Source: Octopus sinensis (taxonomy: Eukaryota). From it: a DNA stretch of 64,000 bases. The stretch is from positions 6,448,001-6,512,000 of the forward strand of contig NC_043007.1 in the NCBI RefSeq assembly GCF_006345805.1, given 5' to 3'. Position 1 is the stretch's first letter. Each line of letters begins with the position of its first letter. The notes beneath the pieces were generated by a model. That model made no database searches, was not told the origin of the DNA, and saw only the letters and a list, made by a program, of their open reading frames with translations. Shown here piece by piece: positions 63,141 through 64,000 of the stretch. The translations under genes and the position numbers were made by a program.

Positions 63141-64000
63141 ATATACATACACACAAGAACAAGAGAGAGAAATTGGGAGATTGCTTCATCTACTTTTTGC
63201 TTTAATACTTCATTATTTGAAGCCAAAGAAAGAAACGTTCCTAAAATATATCGTCTGGATAATGTAGTAGTTGCTATTAGCTAGTCTATGTGATGAGTTT
63301 AAAATCATCAAACTATGTTACATATAATTTCGGATACCGGAAACAAGGGAAAACAAAAGACAGTTTTTGACGTTAACTCTTTGAAGCTATAAATGATGAA
63401 TATAAATAATTCCAGTGAATTAACACGGAATCAAGAGTGGGAAATGATAAAGATAATTGACCATTTCCTGTACTTTAGGAATGAGATTGCCATTGATGGC
63501 TCGCATTCCTTCAAAATTTCTGATAGAATATAAAAATTCAAACATGTGGCAGTCATGTTTTCAATTACAAAGTAAGTTAAATGTTTATATCTTTTATGCC
63601 TGAGGCATAAAAGTAACTAAATTCATATCTGTATCAGCGTAACACGACGAGGTTCTGCAAATTCACCAAGTCAAAACCGACTGCTGTGAGGATGGAGCAA
63701 ATTTTAATTGTGGGAAACACGATAAGTTATCCATTTTCACTGATTTTCTTACATCGTGATATTATTGTGGCGAACGTATTTATTCAAGAAATAATAAAAT
63801 CGAACAGAATTCTGTTCAAAATTATTAAACGCCAGGTTGAAATCGATGACTTTGAAGAAAGACGACAGGTCACATGCAAGGCATTTTCTTCGATCAGTTA
63901 GGAAATTAATTTGCCCTTAATTCAATCTAATCAGTTTAACCGTTGTATCCTGCATGTTTTGCTGGGGCATCTGTACTTTCCTGTGATTTCTCCGATCCCA

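Overview
AT-rich, microsatellite-saturated animal DNA, mostly intronic or intergenic. The tRNA-derived SINE families (e.g. GTCATTTGACTGCGGCCATGC tails and a tRNA-Arg-like head at 45817) look like those of Octopus; this is pattern recognition, not a database hit. No host gene can be named, and only a few low-confidence candidate exons are visible. Most ORFs in the supplied track are translations of (TA)n, (TG)n, (TATG)n or (GATA)n. Identifiable coding remnants are all transposon-derived: a young CR1-group LINE (60.2-62.4 kb, RT broken by one 1-bp frameshift), a second CR1/L2-group RT (27.4-28.5 kb), three RTE fragments, a restriction-like-endonuclease (R4/Dong/NeSL-type) LINE 3' end with an apparently nested second copy, and three mariner fragments. 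There are also about a dozen SINEs (two with clean TSDs), two near-identical ~0.5-kb tandem duplications bounded by (TA)n, a 45-bp minisatellite and many fold-back elements. The most interesting signal is that several unrelated short (TA)n-embedded repeat families share one minimal type-I hammerhead-ribozyme-like architecture: a CUGANGA-like core, one extra nucleotide, helix II, GAAA, a palindromic helix III and helix I. This suggests Penelope-like or retrozyme-like non-autonomous elements, but every copy here has at least one deviation in the core. Second is a signal-peptide-like exon interrupted by one in-frame TAG (52490-52598), a possible A-to-I stop-to-Trp recoding site or a sequence error. 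Repeat boundaries are approximate unless a TSD or arm sequence is quoted.
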